Below are positions 26,683-40,938 of a DNA stretch of 64,000 bases, in pieces. Position numbers and translations under genes: made by a program. This stretch comes from Octopus vulgaris (lineage: Eukaryota): NCBI GenBank assembly GCA_951406725.2, contig OX597822.1, positions 99,200,001-99,264,000 on the forward strand, written 5' to 3'. The notes beneath the pieces were generated by a model that made no database searches, had not been told where the DNA came from, and saw only the letters and a list, made by a program, of their open reading frames with translations. Numbering within the stretch: position 1 is the stretch's first letter; the number at the start of each line of letters is the position of its first letter.

Positions 26683-27869
26683 ATATATATATACATATAC
26701 ACCATGATAGATCGTTAGCCACTACACACATTTTTTTTGTCTCCTTGTTTTTTCTGTGTCCCTTTCTGTAGAAGAGCGCAGGCCCGAAACGTAAAAGACT
26801 TTTTCAATTCCTGAGCGTTATACTAATACACCTGTTTGTTTTGTACACCACCTGTCTTTGTCTTTTGTTTTTTTCGTAAACTTTCCCTATATATATATTA
26901 TGTGTGTGTCTTTGTGTCTGTGTTTATCCCCACTGCCATCGCTTGACAACTGATGCTGGTGTGTTTATGTCCTTGTAACTTAGCAGTTTGTTAAAAGACA
27001 CTGATAGAATAATTACAAGTCCTGGGATCATTTTCTTCGACTAAAAATCGTTTAAGGCAATGTTCCAGCATGGCCACAATCAAATGATAGAAACAAGTAA
27101 AAGAAATAAAAGAACAGCATTGCAGTCACTCAGAGTTTCTGAGTTCTAGTCAAGCACTAAGGTAATTCACATAATTCAACTGAAGCTAAAGAATATCACA
27201 AAACGCAGACAATGGAAAGAGAACCGTGTACCCCAGTACATCAAATAAAGGATTAAGTTTGAAATTCCAATACAACAACCAAAAACCAATTTCAACACAA
27301 AACACCTGAAGAAGGCTGGAGCATACACCAGCTGAAATGAAGTGAAAGTAACAATTAAGATGAGGACATCAGTCCAGCTAATATAAACAGTATACATAAT
27401 ATAAATCCCACATCTCAGCAATATAAAATTATAAAAAGGGTAAGGGTAAAGACTCCTTCAGTCATAACTGACCATGGGATTGCACCTAGAAAGTTCCCAT
27501 CCGAGGTACAAGTCCAAACAAATTTGCTTATGGAAGACCAGCAGTTGTCCATACATAGTAACTTCCCCCTCTCCACACCGTTGAAGTTATCCAAGGGTGA
27601 GGCAAAGGCCAAAACAGCTTGGCACCAGTGACATCACAACTCATTTCTACAGCTGAGTGAAGTAGAGCAACGTGAAATAAAGTTTCTTGCTTAAGAACAT
27701 AACACATAACCTGGTCTGGGAATCAAACTCACAACCTCATCATTGTGAGCCTGACGCTCTAACCACTGAGCCATGTGCTTTCACATATATCTATCTATGT
27801 AGATAGATAGATAGATAGATAGACAGACAGATAGATAGAAAGATAGATAGATATTGGCGTATCGGCAGT

Positions 27870-28735
27870 ACTTCAAGTATTGTGGTAAGAAGTTTGCTTC
27901 CCAACCACATGGTTTAGGGTTCAGTCTCACTGCATGACACCTTGGGCAAGTGTTTCCTACCATAACCTTGGGTCAATCAAAGCCTTGTCAGTGGGTCTGG
28001 TAGAAGGAAACTGAAAGAAGCCAGTCATATATATGAATGTGTGTGTGTGTTTGTCCCTCCATCATTGCTTGACAATTGGTGCTGCTGTGTTTATGTCTTT
28101 GTAACTTAGTGGTTTGGCAAAAGAGACTGATAGAAAATGTACCAGGCTTAAAAAAAAAAAAATAAGTACTGAGGTTCATACATTCAACAATAAATTCTTC
28201 ACAGTGGTGCTCCAGCATGACCACAGTCTAATGACTGAAACAAGTAAAAGAAAAGAAATATTTATGTGTGTTTGTGTATGTATACGTGTATGTTTGTGTA
28301 TATATATATACATACATACACACACACATATATATATATGCAAATGTGGTTGTATGGTAAGAAGTTTGCCTCCAACCACATGGTTCTGGGTTCAGTCTCA
28401 CTGCATGCCACCTTGGGCAAGTCTCTTCTACTATAGCCTAGGGCTGACCAAAGCCTTGTGAGTGGATTTAGTAGATGGAAACTGAAAGAAGCCTGTCGTA
28501 TATATATATATATACATATACACATGTGTGTGTCTGTCCCTGTCCCCACCACCATCACTTGACAACTGATGCTGGTGTGTTTATGTCTCTCTAACTCGAC
28601 AGTTTGTCAAAAGACACTGACAGAATAATTACTAGGCTGACAAAAAATAATTCCTAGAGTTGATTTGTTTGACTAAAACCTTTATGGCAGTGCTCCAGCA
28701 TGGCCATAGTCAAATAACTGAAACAAGTAAAAAGA
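27870..28735 (+). mobile_element. Two tandem older SINE family A copies
   Basis: Heads at about 27870 and 28343, each with microsatellite and 3' half. Confidence 0.7.
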
Positions 28736-28738
28736 AAA

Positions 28739-28777
<39 letters not shown>

Positions 28778-29586
28778 TATATGTTTTATCCTATATTTAA
28801 TCTTTCTATAAGGTGTAATTTTTTTCTAAATGGCATAATTTAATTTTTTCATTATTAAATTGACAAAAGGTGGTTTTTTTCTAATATATATATATATATA
28901 TATATAATATTTTGTGAAATTTGATTCAGTAGTTTTAAGTTGAATTTTTCCCTGTAAGTTTGGAATAATATTCCCTCATATTATTATTATATGTATGTAT
29001 ATATATATAATAAGGGTGTATTGACAGTACGTCCAGTGATGTAGGTGTCACAACTAAACTTATTGGCATTGTGCAAAACTTAATAGAATCATCATATACA
29101 TTTTGTTGTTGTTTGGTCCTCCTTGAGCCATGCCAGGCTCATAAGGGCTGGTTTCCTGGTTTCACTGGCATATAGACTTCCCACCTGGACAGGATGCCCA
29201 GTCCGTCACAGGTGAGCTGCTAGATGCAGGTGGAAAGAGTGAGAGAAAGTTGTGGAGAAAGAGTCAGCAGAAGTTCGCCATTACCCTCTGCTGGAATCAT
29301 GTGGAGTTTAGGTGTTTCACTCATAAACACACATCTCGCTCAGTCTGAGATTCAAACCAGCAATCCCTCAACTGCGAGTCCCCTGCTCTAACCACTAGGT
29401 CATGTGCCTCCATGTGACCGCGTGTGTACCGTTGGCGATTTTTTCTCCTCTGTCTTCCCTTCTCCTATGTTTCCAACGAAGAGCTCCGCTTGAAACGTTA
29501 AACCCGCCTTCTTTCCTGAGCATCCAATAATACTATATTTGTTCCACGTCCTCGCGTTGTGTTTTTTTGTGTTTTCTTGTTTGGAT

Positions 29587-29630
<44 letters not shown>

Positions 29631-30037
29631 AGATTATTCTTTATCAGAAATCAAAATACTATTCTTCATTTTTCTATGACAACCAGTTGCAGGTAGCACA
29701 AATAATTTATATTATAAATCTCACTGTCAGTGAGTTAATATATGAGACAATTATTCTGAGCTCTTTTCAGGAATTTTGCTATTTTAATTTAGCTGTAAGC
29801 AAAATGTTGAATGTTAGTCCATAGTTTGGTATTAGCAGTTAAAACAAAATTTATCATCAATGGACAAGATGTAGAAGAAAGACTTGAGATTGTCTTGTCA
29901 TTCAAGGAATATACAAGGTAAATGCAAATAAAATAAAGTTCTATATTAGGATTGGTAAATTGTAAGAAGCTTACAGAATTGTTTTGCCTGTTTTATGATT
30001 GGAATTTGCAACTATATATATATATATATATATATAA

Positions 30038-30228
30038 TTACATACATATAAGACTGATGACCACTAAGTGGACATCCCTGTATCTTTACATTTATCTTGC
30101 TCACTTACGTTCTGGCGTTTGCTAAATTTTCTTGAGATAATTCCTTTCTTAGTGGTAAGACCATAGGGTGTCGACTTCTCGCATAATGGATGTCCACTTA
30201 GTGGTCATCCCTCTTATATGTATGCAAT
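30038..30228. repeat. Short element with about 40-bp inverted ends
   Basis: catacatataagactgatgaccactaagtggacatcc ... ggatgtccacttagtggtcatccctcttatatgtatg. Confidence 0.8.
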
Positions 30229-31631
30229 ATAATTTTTCTGAATCTTCAGACTTTTCAATATGCTAGACCACTGGTTTTAAATTGATATTAATCAAATTAA
30301 TATTCAAGTTTTTCACCTAGAAAGATAATACTGATGTTGTCCTCATCACCATCATCATTATTATTTAGTATCTGTTTTTCATGTCAGCATAGAATGGACA
30401 ATTTGACAGGCTCCAACAAGTTGAACAGTGCTGAGCTGCAATGTCTATTTTGGCATGGCTCCTATAACTGGATACCCTTCCAAATGCCAACCACTTTACT
30501 GTGTACTTTTTATGCAGCACCAGCACTAGTGAGGATGCCAAGTAACTAGTAAAAAGGCCCTCAACTGAGCAGACAGAGGTAGAACTATGCCAGGTACCAT
30601 GCCAAGACACTAAAGTATGATAAAGGGGACAGGCACAGAAGGAGATATGTGGCTACCCTGCATTATATAACGGCGAGAGTAGCTGAAAAGAAGACTATGG
30701 TAGCAGTGATGGAGTGTCAGAGTGCATTCTCAAGATACAAGAACTGAGAATATAGACAAAATATTGGAAAGGATACCAGCATAAAAGGAACAGAGAAGCA
30801 AATGAAAATGTATGATTAAAAACTTGGGATATGAAATTAAGGAACAACATACAACCACTTTCAGTTTCTTTTGTGGCCTTTTCAAAATTATTGTAATGTG
30901 CACAGGCATGATTGTGAAGAAGAAGCTTGCTTCCCAACCAAAGTCTTGCGAGTGGATTCGGCAGATGGAAACTGAAAGAAGCCTGTTGTGTATGTAGATG
31001 TAAATATAAGTAAAAATTAAAAAGCAAACCATTTGGCACCACTCAAGAAAGACATTTAATTTACATAGAGAATATAAACATGTAGAGTTCATATATGTTA
31101 ATATTGTCTATGCCAAATATTTTGCTTTTTCATTTTTACTTTAATCTATGTGCATACGTATATACGTGTGTGTACCTTTGTCTTGACCTCAAGTGATGGT
31201 TGTAAGTGAGCATCACAATCATAAAAGCAATGGTTCCAGTTTACCAATGAAACCATGCCCGGCCATGAGGAAATAGCTACCTTGCTTGGAAAAAGGAGAT
31301 AGTTAGCAATAGGAAGGGCATCTGGCCATATAGAATCTGTCTGACTCATGCCAGCATGGAAAAATGGATGTTAAATGATGATGATGATGGTGATGATGTC
31401 CTCAATAAATACATTTAAAAAAATTATTTTAATACTTTCTATTCGTTTTTCTATTCAACCCCAAAGAAAAAATTACACACATACCATTTTATGTGGTTTT
31501 TCTATGTAGGAATGTATTGGATGTGTTTCCGGAGACAGTCTTTTACTGCTGGTTGATCTTTTTATCCCCAACTCCTTTACTCACTTCTTACAATGTACAC
31601 AGAAAACCCATTCTAAAACTGGGATACACAA

Positions 31632-31690
<59 letters not shown>

Positions 31691-32216
31691 AAGGAATGAA
31701 AGAAAGTTGTTCTATATGACCAGAATATACAGTATAAAACTCTGAATGATGTGAAACGAGAGAAGCTTAACTCTTGACACCTGTCTACCTGAGATTGCCC
31801 TAGACTCTGTGATACAGACTTTTTGTCATAAAAGTGCCTAAATTAAAAACCCCTTCTGTCAGAATTTCATGTTAATTTATGCCCCAAACACTAGTTTAAT
31901 AACAACAAAGTTATTTTACTAAATTCTTCATTATTTTCAAAAGTCATTGAAGCAAAAAAAAAAAAAAAAAGCACTGCATTTCAATGGATATAAGGTAACA
32001 AAAGGGTGAAAGGGAACTAAATTAAAATCCATCAAATTTCATCTAAATTTATTATTTGTCTTGAACACCAGTTTAATAATGAATAATTTAGTTATTTTGC
32101 TAAAACATTCATTATTTTCAAAATTATCTGCGATCAATTTCAACAGAAATATGGTAACATTTAATATGAACATTTAAAATGTATGACAGAGAAATAATTA
32201 TATTAAACTAAGCATA

Positions 32217-32627
32217 GGCGTAGGAGTGCCTGTGTGGTAAGTAGCTGGCTTACCAACCACATACTTCCGGGTTCAGTCCCACTGTGTGGCACCTTGGGCA
32301 AGTGTCTTCTACTATAGCCTCGGGCTGACCAAAACCTTGTGAGTGGATTTGGTAGACGGAAACTGAAAGAAGCCCATCGTATATATGTATGTATGTATAT
32401 ATATATATGTATGTGCCTGTGTATATATTTGTGTGTCTGTGGTTGTCCTCCCAGCATTGCTTGACAACCAATGCTGGTGTGTTACTTAGTGGTTCAGCAA
32501 AAGAGTCCGATACAATAAGTACTAGGCTTACAAAGAATAAGTCCTGGGGTCGATTTGCTCGACTAAAAGGCAGTGCTCCAGCACGGCCACAGTCAAATGA
32601 CTGAAACAAGTAAAAGAGTAAAGAGTA
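32217..32627 (+). mobile_element. SINE family A copy
   Basis: Family match. Confidence 0.85.
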
Positions 32628-33999
32628 AGCAAGAAATGACATATATAATGAACATTAGCAAATGTTGTGCCAGAATATAGAAAGTTGTACAGACAAGCAA
32701 AAATTTATTTTGGAAGTATTTCACAACTATTTTATTAAAATATTTTAAATATCTATGCACATTTAGAGTAGCAATTAAATAAATGAAAATTACTTAAAAT
32801 TTATATTCTTATGCATCTTGAATTTTGGGTGGGGTGTGGATTAATGATTTATTGAATCCAGTAAGCCACTAATACTTTGTTTTATCAACCTCAGAGAAAT
32901 GAAAAGCAAAGCTGGCCTTGGCAGGATTTGAACTCAGAACGTAAACAGTTAGAATAAATACAGAAAGGCATTTTCCTTGATGCTTTAACAATTCTGCCAA
33001 CCTTACTGCCCTAGCATATCGGTTCTGAATTTTTCTTTTTTTTTTTTTTTTTTTATTAAATCAGATTATTATAAAGGATACAAAGAAAAATAATTTCACA
33101 TGATTAAATAAAATATTCTATCAAGGACAAGAAACCTATTTTAATTAACATGACAACAGAATTCATACAAAACTATGATTATTTGAAAAATAAACCTTTT
33201 TTTCACCCTTTCTTAACAAATAATGAACAAACAGAGAATTTACTGAGAGCATTTAACTTTAAAATACAACTATTTTCAGTTTTTATTCTTTTTCCAATTT
33301 TACTCAGCAGTTACATCTCTGCGGAAACCTTAAAACAAACATCTAGAAAACATATCACTTATCTTGGATAAGAAAATATATGGGAAAATATTCAAGATTA
33401 CATTTGAATCTACTACGAAACATCATCGATTTAAAGAAAAACAGAAATTTTGAATAAACATATATTATCATCGTTGTTATTTAGTTTAGATAAGAAATCC
33501 TTTTAGGTAAAATGAGAACTAACAAATATATTATATTGATAAAAAAATTTTGATGAATATTTGGTAGGTTTGGTAAGAATGTAGCTATATCATAAATGCT
33601 TGTTGTTCTCAGCATGATTGTTTGAAGATTTATTTTCCCAATTTTGGATGTGTTAAGCAATTCTTGGTAAGCTCGAAAGAGACTCTGAAAGGTATGCGTC
33701 AACAATTTATCTTTCCAAGAGTACATTTCAGATATATATATATTTGTGCCTGTGTCACATAAAATGTATTTGTGCTGGTGTTATGTAGGATGCAGTCATG
33801 CTTGGTAGCACACAAAAAGCACCCAGCACATATTAGGAAGTGATTCACATCAGGAAGGGCATCCAGCTATAGAAACCATGCCAAAACAGACAGCTCTCCA
33901 GGTGGCCAGCACCTGTCAAACCATCCAACCCATGCCAGTATGGAAAATGGACATTCAATGATGAGATGGTGATTTTATATATATATATATATATATATA

Positions 34000-34385
34000 T
34001 CTCTCTCTATATAAACGGCAGTTTGTCTGTGCGTGTTTCTGTGTGTCTGTTTTCTCGTACCCTCACCCTGACCACGGCTTTCAACCGATTCTGATGAAAC
34101 TTGACACACACATAGCCCAATGTCATAATTCAAAACTAATGCAGCGAAAATTTTGAAAAGTTCCCCCAGTTCTGAAAAAAATCGATAAATTCGACATGGG
34201 GTCGAGAATAAAAAAAAACAAACCACAGACTGTCTAGGGGACGCAACTCAACCTTTTTTACTCTCAAAAAAAAATTTACCATCATTTTTTTTCCATTTTT
34301 TTGCTATATTTTGGCTATAACTCTCTAAAAATGCTTTATAGTTATTTCCCTTACAAACCTGAGCAACGCCGGGCGATACTGCTAG
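34000..34385 (+). mobile_element. Non-autonomous Helitron
   Basis: 5' TC after A. 3' subterminal hairpin cctgagcaacgccggg, then CTAG|T. Confidence 0.75.
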
Positions 34386-37300
34386 TATATATATATATAT
34401 ATGGATAGATAGGCACAGGTACGGCTGTGTGGTAAAAAGCTTGCTTCCCAACCACATGGTTCTGGGTTCAGTCCCACTGGGTGGTACCTTAGGCAAGTGT
34501 CTTCTATTATAGCCTCAGGCTAACCAAAGCCTTGTGAGTGGGTCTGGTAGATGGAAACTGAAAGAAGCCTGTTATATATATGTGTGTGCATGTCTGTGTG
34601 TCTTTGTATCTGTTTGTCCCCGTAACTTAGCAGTTCCGCAAAATAGACTAATAGAATAAGAACCAGGTTTTAAAAAAAAAGTCCTGGGGTCAATTTGTCT
34701 GACTAAAACCCTTCAAGGTGGTGCTCCAGCATGGCCACAGTCAAATGACAAACAGACAAAAGAATACACGCACATACACACAGATATTTCAAACAGTTAA
34801 CATACTGATATTAGTTAATGTTCCGTCGAGAAAGAGATAAAACAACAGTGGTGATTGCAGTGTCAGAGCAAATCCCTCAAGATGCAAGAAAATAAATGAA
34901 AGGATGTGTGTGTAGGATAGCTGATGAGGAAGGGTCAGTGCATAAAGGTTGCTAGAGTGTAGGGATAGAGTGAGAGGTGGTTAGAGATGAGGGTAAGGGT
35001 GAATGCAGTAAATTCACCCTTACCCTCAGTGAATGGTGAACCATGGAGTTTCATACCAAGGGTAAGGATTGGCTAAGACAGAAAGAGTACAGCATTGTAT
35101 TCCAGTGATGTATCACAATATTAACAGGGTCTTCCAATTGTTAATGAAAATTTAGACAAAAGCAAGTCAAACAAACTTAACCCTTTAGAATCTAAACCAG
35201 CCATATTTGGCCAAAATATTCTATCTGTTTTACGTTTAAACTGGCCAGATCCAACCACTCACACCTACCCTACAGTGTCATTTTAAAAGTAAACAATCAC
35301 ATCATTGAAATCTTGAGGCTCTAACAGGATAATGCATGATTCTCTCAAAGCAATATGAATAAATAATTATTACATTTGACAGACACAGTAGCTTGGTGTA
35401 GTCTTCTACCCGGCTGGCTACTTGTCAAACCTTCCAACCCAAGCCAGCATGGAAGGTGGATGTTAAGCGATGATGATGACAACAGAGTAATGTGAATGTT
35501 AAATGGTTAAATAGGTTATTCCAATTTTAACAGATATATAACAACACTAGTATAAATCTAGTAATTTGAAAACATTTGTACTTTTCTACAGTAGCAATAA
35601 CATACATACACACACTCTTTCCTACCCTCTCACTCTCCCAAAAGTAAAGATTTGTGGAAAGTATGAATACAAAATCGCATTGTAACAATATGATAAATTT
35701 GATGGAAAGATCTACTTCTATTGATATTATATATATGACTACACTTGCATTGTTATACAGATTTTTGTTTTTGCTTTCATTCTTTGATTCTCTGTTCAGA
35801 TTTGATGGAACTATCTAATAGGTCAGAGTGAGTCCCTTACGCATATAGGGAGATAAGCTATAAATTTTCAGTTCCAGGAAAAGTCCAGTTGATGACATAC
35901 ATAGCCAGTCCTATACCACTGCCACTGGGGTCAGTTTCACAGATTTATTTCAGATTATGGATCGGTTGTAGTAATACATATTCAATATGAATATTTAATT
36001 GTTGGGAATAAGAATCAATAATCCAGAATTACAGGTTTTGAGTCAGTGCCATAAAAGAATATAATTTAATATATTTTGAGCTACCATTGGATGTTAGCAA
36101 GCATGGCTGGGTGGCTAAGAATTTCACTTCCTGAGCATGCGGTTCAAGATCCAATCTCACGTGCAGCACTTTCAGTAAGGGTTTTCTACCACATCTGCAG
36201 CCTGACTAATACTTTGTAAATAAAATTTGATAAGCACTAATTCTCTCTTTTCTCTCTCTCTTATACACATACACACATGGTAGTTACTGGTGTCATGCAA
36301 CTGGCACTCATGCTGGTGGCACATAAAAGCATCCATTACACTCTTGGAGTGGTTGGCATTAAGAAGGACATCCAATCGTAGAAACCATGCCAAATCAGCC
36401 CTGGTCAAACTGCCCTACCCACGCCAACATGGACAACAGATGCTAAATGATGATGATGATTTTATTTATATATATATATATATCTTATATAATGAAATAG
36501 AGTTTGTGTGCGCGCGTATGTTCCTTATGGATTCGAAAACGGAGTTGCCAATTTTGACGTATGAGGAATCAAAAGATTCAGTAATCTTTTGACAACCAAA
36601 TAAAGTATGTTTTTTTTACTACAAAAATAATCTCAAAAACAAGGTTAGGTCGCACAATTTTGAGGTCTTAAGTTAAGGGATGCAACTCTGAGTGTGTGTG
36701 TTTTGTTGTGGTGAATAAAATACTTTTTCTCAGAATATTTTGCACAATAATTTTTAAAGAAATTTGGACATCTTTCTTACTGCTAACCATTCAACTTCAA
36801 ATTACAATTGTTAATTGTTGGAAGTCAAGTAGACTGAGATGTACATATAGTGTTATCGTATAGAATGGGAGTTCAATACAAAGTTTTGAAGCATATTATC
36901 TTGTGGTTAGTAATCCATTACCTTAAATTTGAAGCCATTAAGTCTTTAAACATTATTTTATTGGGTTTAGTCTTTTGACTGTAGCTATGATGAAGTATCA
37001 CCTTCAAAAATTTAATTGATCATACTGACCTCAATACGTATTTTTATAGATCTCTGCTTGATGAACTGCTAAGTTTGAGATATAGAGGGGCATAATACTC
37101 AATTTAACAACAAATGTAAACACACACACATATTAGGTGCAAGAATGACTGTATGGTTGAGAAGTTTACTTCCCAACTCCATGGTTCCATGTTCAGTCCC
37201 TCTGCAGGGTACCTTGGGTGTTTTCTACTATAGCCCTAGGCCAACCACAGACTTGTGACTGAATTTGGTAGATGGAAACAGCAGTGTTGTTCATCAGAAA

Positions 37301-37496
37301 ATGACTGAGAAACATGTTTATAGAGAAGAGTTGTTTGCTTCAGACTTCTAGTGTTCTGATTCTGCCCATAAGAAAGGAACAAATAATACAATGGGGCTGT
37401 AGGTCATAACACCTGAGCAAGATTGGGGTGCACTGCTAGTATACAGACACAAGGATATATATATGTGTGTATATATGTGTGTGTGTGTAATATATA

Positions 37497-37853
37497 CTAG
37501 CACTATGACCTGGCGTTGCCGTGTCATAGTGCTAGCACATGCATATGCAGCTGCATGCATGCGCACATACACGCGAGTAACGTCCAAATTTCTGACCAAT
37601 CACATACAGCTAGCTGGCATATCAAGTTTCAGGCATTTTGATTGGGTTTGGGATAGACAATTCACAAAAAAGTAACTTCTATTGATTTTTAAATGGCTTT
37701 GCGGGGTGACTGGGGAAATGTAAAGATATGCACGACCACCCTTGGACGGTTTTGAATGACAATAGAAAGTGCGAACCCTCTAACTGAAAAATTGTGGATT
37801 TGTATAAAGGACACACACACACAAGCATTTTGCCATTTATATATATAGGGAGA
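37497..37853 (-). mobile_element. Non-autonomous Helitron (minus strand)
   Basis: A|CTAG end with hairpin ctagcactatgacc-tggcgttgcc-gtgtcatagtgctag; the other end reads ...atatatagggaga. Confidence 0.65.
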
Positions 37854-38379
37854 TATATGTGTGAGAGAGAAAGAAAGAGAATTACTGTTTATCAATGATG
37901 TCCATCCCTATTGCCTTTGCCTCCAACTCATATTTACCATTGACTGTCCCTCTTGTTGACCATTCACTACATTCACCCTTACCCCATCTCTCACAATCTT
38001 TACTCACTCTTCTTGATCTTCTGTTCTCACATTCACTTCTCTCCACCTTCTTGTATCTTGAGGGCATGCTCTGACACCTTGTCACTACCATCTTTATTTT
38101 TCCAGCTCCATCCTGACTACTCTCTTTAACCCCTATATAATGTGAGGTAGCCAAGCATCCCCTCAACAGCAAGAAGCCTGTTTCTGTTCCTTCTACTATA
38201 ATTTAACCTCTCAATACCTAGCATAAACCTGTTCTACTATACTCTCATTCAGTCAATTTTTTAAAAAAGTCATAGAGGCCATGCTAAAGTAGATGTTGGA
38301 GCATAGCACAGTGCTCTTAACTCTGCAGATTCCATTAAACCATCCGACTCATGCAAGCATAGAAAAACGAAAGTTAAGG

Positions 38380-39170
38380 AGGAAAGGTAAATTTGAGCTC
38401 AGAACATAAAGAGATAGGAGAAATTCCATTAAGCATTTAGTCTGATGTGCTAGCAATTCTACCAACTTGCTGCCTTAATAATAATAATAATAATAATAAT
38501 AATCATAATAATAATAATAATCCTTTCTACTATAGGCACAAGGCCTGAAATTTTGTGGGGAGGGGGCTAGTCAATTACATTGACCCCCCCCTCCCAGTGC
38601 TCAACTAGTACTCATTTTATCAACCCTGAAAAGATGAAAGGCAAAGTCAATCTTGGTGGAATTTGAACTCAGAACATGCAGAGGGACAAAATGTTGTAAA
38701 GCATTTTGTCGCCACCTTTATTATAATCCTTTCTACTAAAGGCACAAAGCCCTTACTTTGGTGGGAGGAGACTAGTCAATTACATTGACTCCAGTGTTCT
38801 ACTGGTACTTAATTTATCGACCCCGAAAGGATGAAAGGTAAAGTTGACTTCAGCAGAATCTGAACTCAGAACATAGAGACAGACAAAATATTGTGAAGCA
38901 TTTTGTCCAGGGTGTTAATAATTCTGCCAACTCACCACCTTTGATGATGGTGATGACAGTTTCAGATTTTGACACAAGACCAGCAATATTTAAGGAGAGG
39001 GGATTAGCCTGTTACATTGAGTAGTGCTCAACTGGTGTTTATTCTATCAACTCTGGAAGCATGAAAAAAGCAAAATTGACCGTGGTGGAATTTGAACTCA
39101 GAATGTAAAGAACCCCAAGAAATGCTTTTCGACATTTTGTCTGACAATGTTAATTTTATCAGCTCACCAC
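38380..39170 (-). mobile_element. Tandem array of SINE family B units
   Basis: About 4 units separated by (AAT)n or (GAT)n. Confidence 0.75.
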
Positions 39171-39547
39171 TGCAACAATAATACTAATAATAAAATCTTG
39201 TAAACTATAACGATTACAAATTGAGTAAACTGATTTTCGGTCCCTCTTTGTGAGTGGAATTGTTTCTGATGCTCCAGAGCATTTAATGTATTTTCCAAAA
39301 CATCAGAGATAATTCCATCGATTATATTGAATTTATTTCATATATTACTATGTTCTATATTCATAATCTTTTATCTTCAACAATTTATATGGTTGTGTAA
39401 ACATTTTACCAATTGGTGTTGGTAAATATCCAGTGAACTGCAGTAATTACAGAGCTGATTACAGAGTATAGATACATATAGAGATATAACAATACATGAT
39501 AATATGATATGGAGCAACAAGACATAACCAATACCAACATTTTAAAA

Positions 39548-39927
39548 TCTATATATATAAAGCTGAAGTTGTCTGTGTGTGGCAGGTTTGGTAGCTTTCA
39601 ACTAACACTATCTCCTCCGAGACCCAGCGGAGCAAATTGACCAAAATTGAGAGTATGATAGAAGAAGGCTTGCTCTTCCTTCTGTAGAAGATAAAATTCA
39701 AATCGGATCAAAAATTATTTACATCAAAAAGGTGCTTTTTTTCTATGAAAATCCCTATTTTTTAACGATTTTTTGACAGCTGTGTCGCCATTTTTTGGTG
39801 CATTTCAACCAGAAAAATGTTCACTTAAAGAGAATAACAAGCTACATAATGCAAAATTTTTACTTTTCAAAAATTCCAATTCTAAAGGGTCGAAACAAAC
39901 CCGAGCAACGCCGGGCAATACTGCTAG
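39548..39927 (+). mobile_element. Non-autonomous Helitron
   Basis: A|TCTATATATATAA... cccgagcaacgccgggcaatactgCTAG|T; its 3' end is nearly identical to that of 34000-34385. Confidence 0.78.
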
Positions 39928-40938
39928 TATAGTTTATAGTTGTCTTTCACTACATTATTTATTACCCAATGGCAAAAAAGATGCTACATCACATTGTTTA
40001 TTCATTTTATATTGTAAATGAGCAATGGCAAAATTGGTTAAAGATTTCAAGCAGGTTAATCACTGGTTTACAATACTATTGATGATGATCATGTCAGTGA
40101 CAAAGGCATGTGTAATAATACAGAACAAATATCTAAAGGGACTTTTTTTTATTGTAAAGCACTCACTTATGGTCAATATTGATAACACAAATCATCATCA
40201 TCGTTTAATGTCTGTTTTCCATGCTGGCATGGGTTGGACGGTTTGACTGGGGACTGGCAAGCCAGGAGGTCGCACCAGGCTCCAATCTGATCTGGCAATG
40301 TTTCTACAGCTGGATGCCTTTTCTAATGCCAACCACTCCGAGAGTGTAAGGGAGCCAGTCAGGTGGCACTGACATTGGCCACGTTCAGATGGTGCTTTTT
40401 ACGTGCCACCAGCACAGGAGCCAGTTGGGGTGGGGGTAAGGGCTGACACACACACACACACGATTGACTTCCACACATTATCCATGTATGAATTTCAACT
40501 CAGAAGGCTATGGCAGAAAACGGTAGGATTGAACCCCAAACCCACATGTTTGCAAAGCAAGCGTCTTAACTACACAGCCATGCACTCAGGGGCTATCTAA
40601 AAGCTATATGTAAGAATTAAAACATTATATAAAGCCATATTGAAGACTTAAAAAACAAATCAATATATAAAGTCACATTCATTTTTATTAATTATGTTCC
40701 AATTAAACATAATTAATAATTAATATGATGTCAAAATTTTGTTGCTCAAAACTATGACCTTGCATACTGATGAAAAATTGTGCATGCAATTATTTGCCAA
40801 TGAACAGGTTGCAGTTAAAACTATAGTAAATAGTAGTAAAAGATATTCAATAGGACCAACATAAATGTAATTTTAAAGTGAAACTTGATTGATTAGTTAT
40901 GACAATAATTATTTAATAGAGAACATCACCTGTAATCT

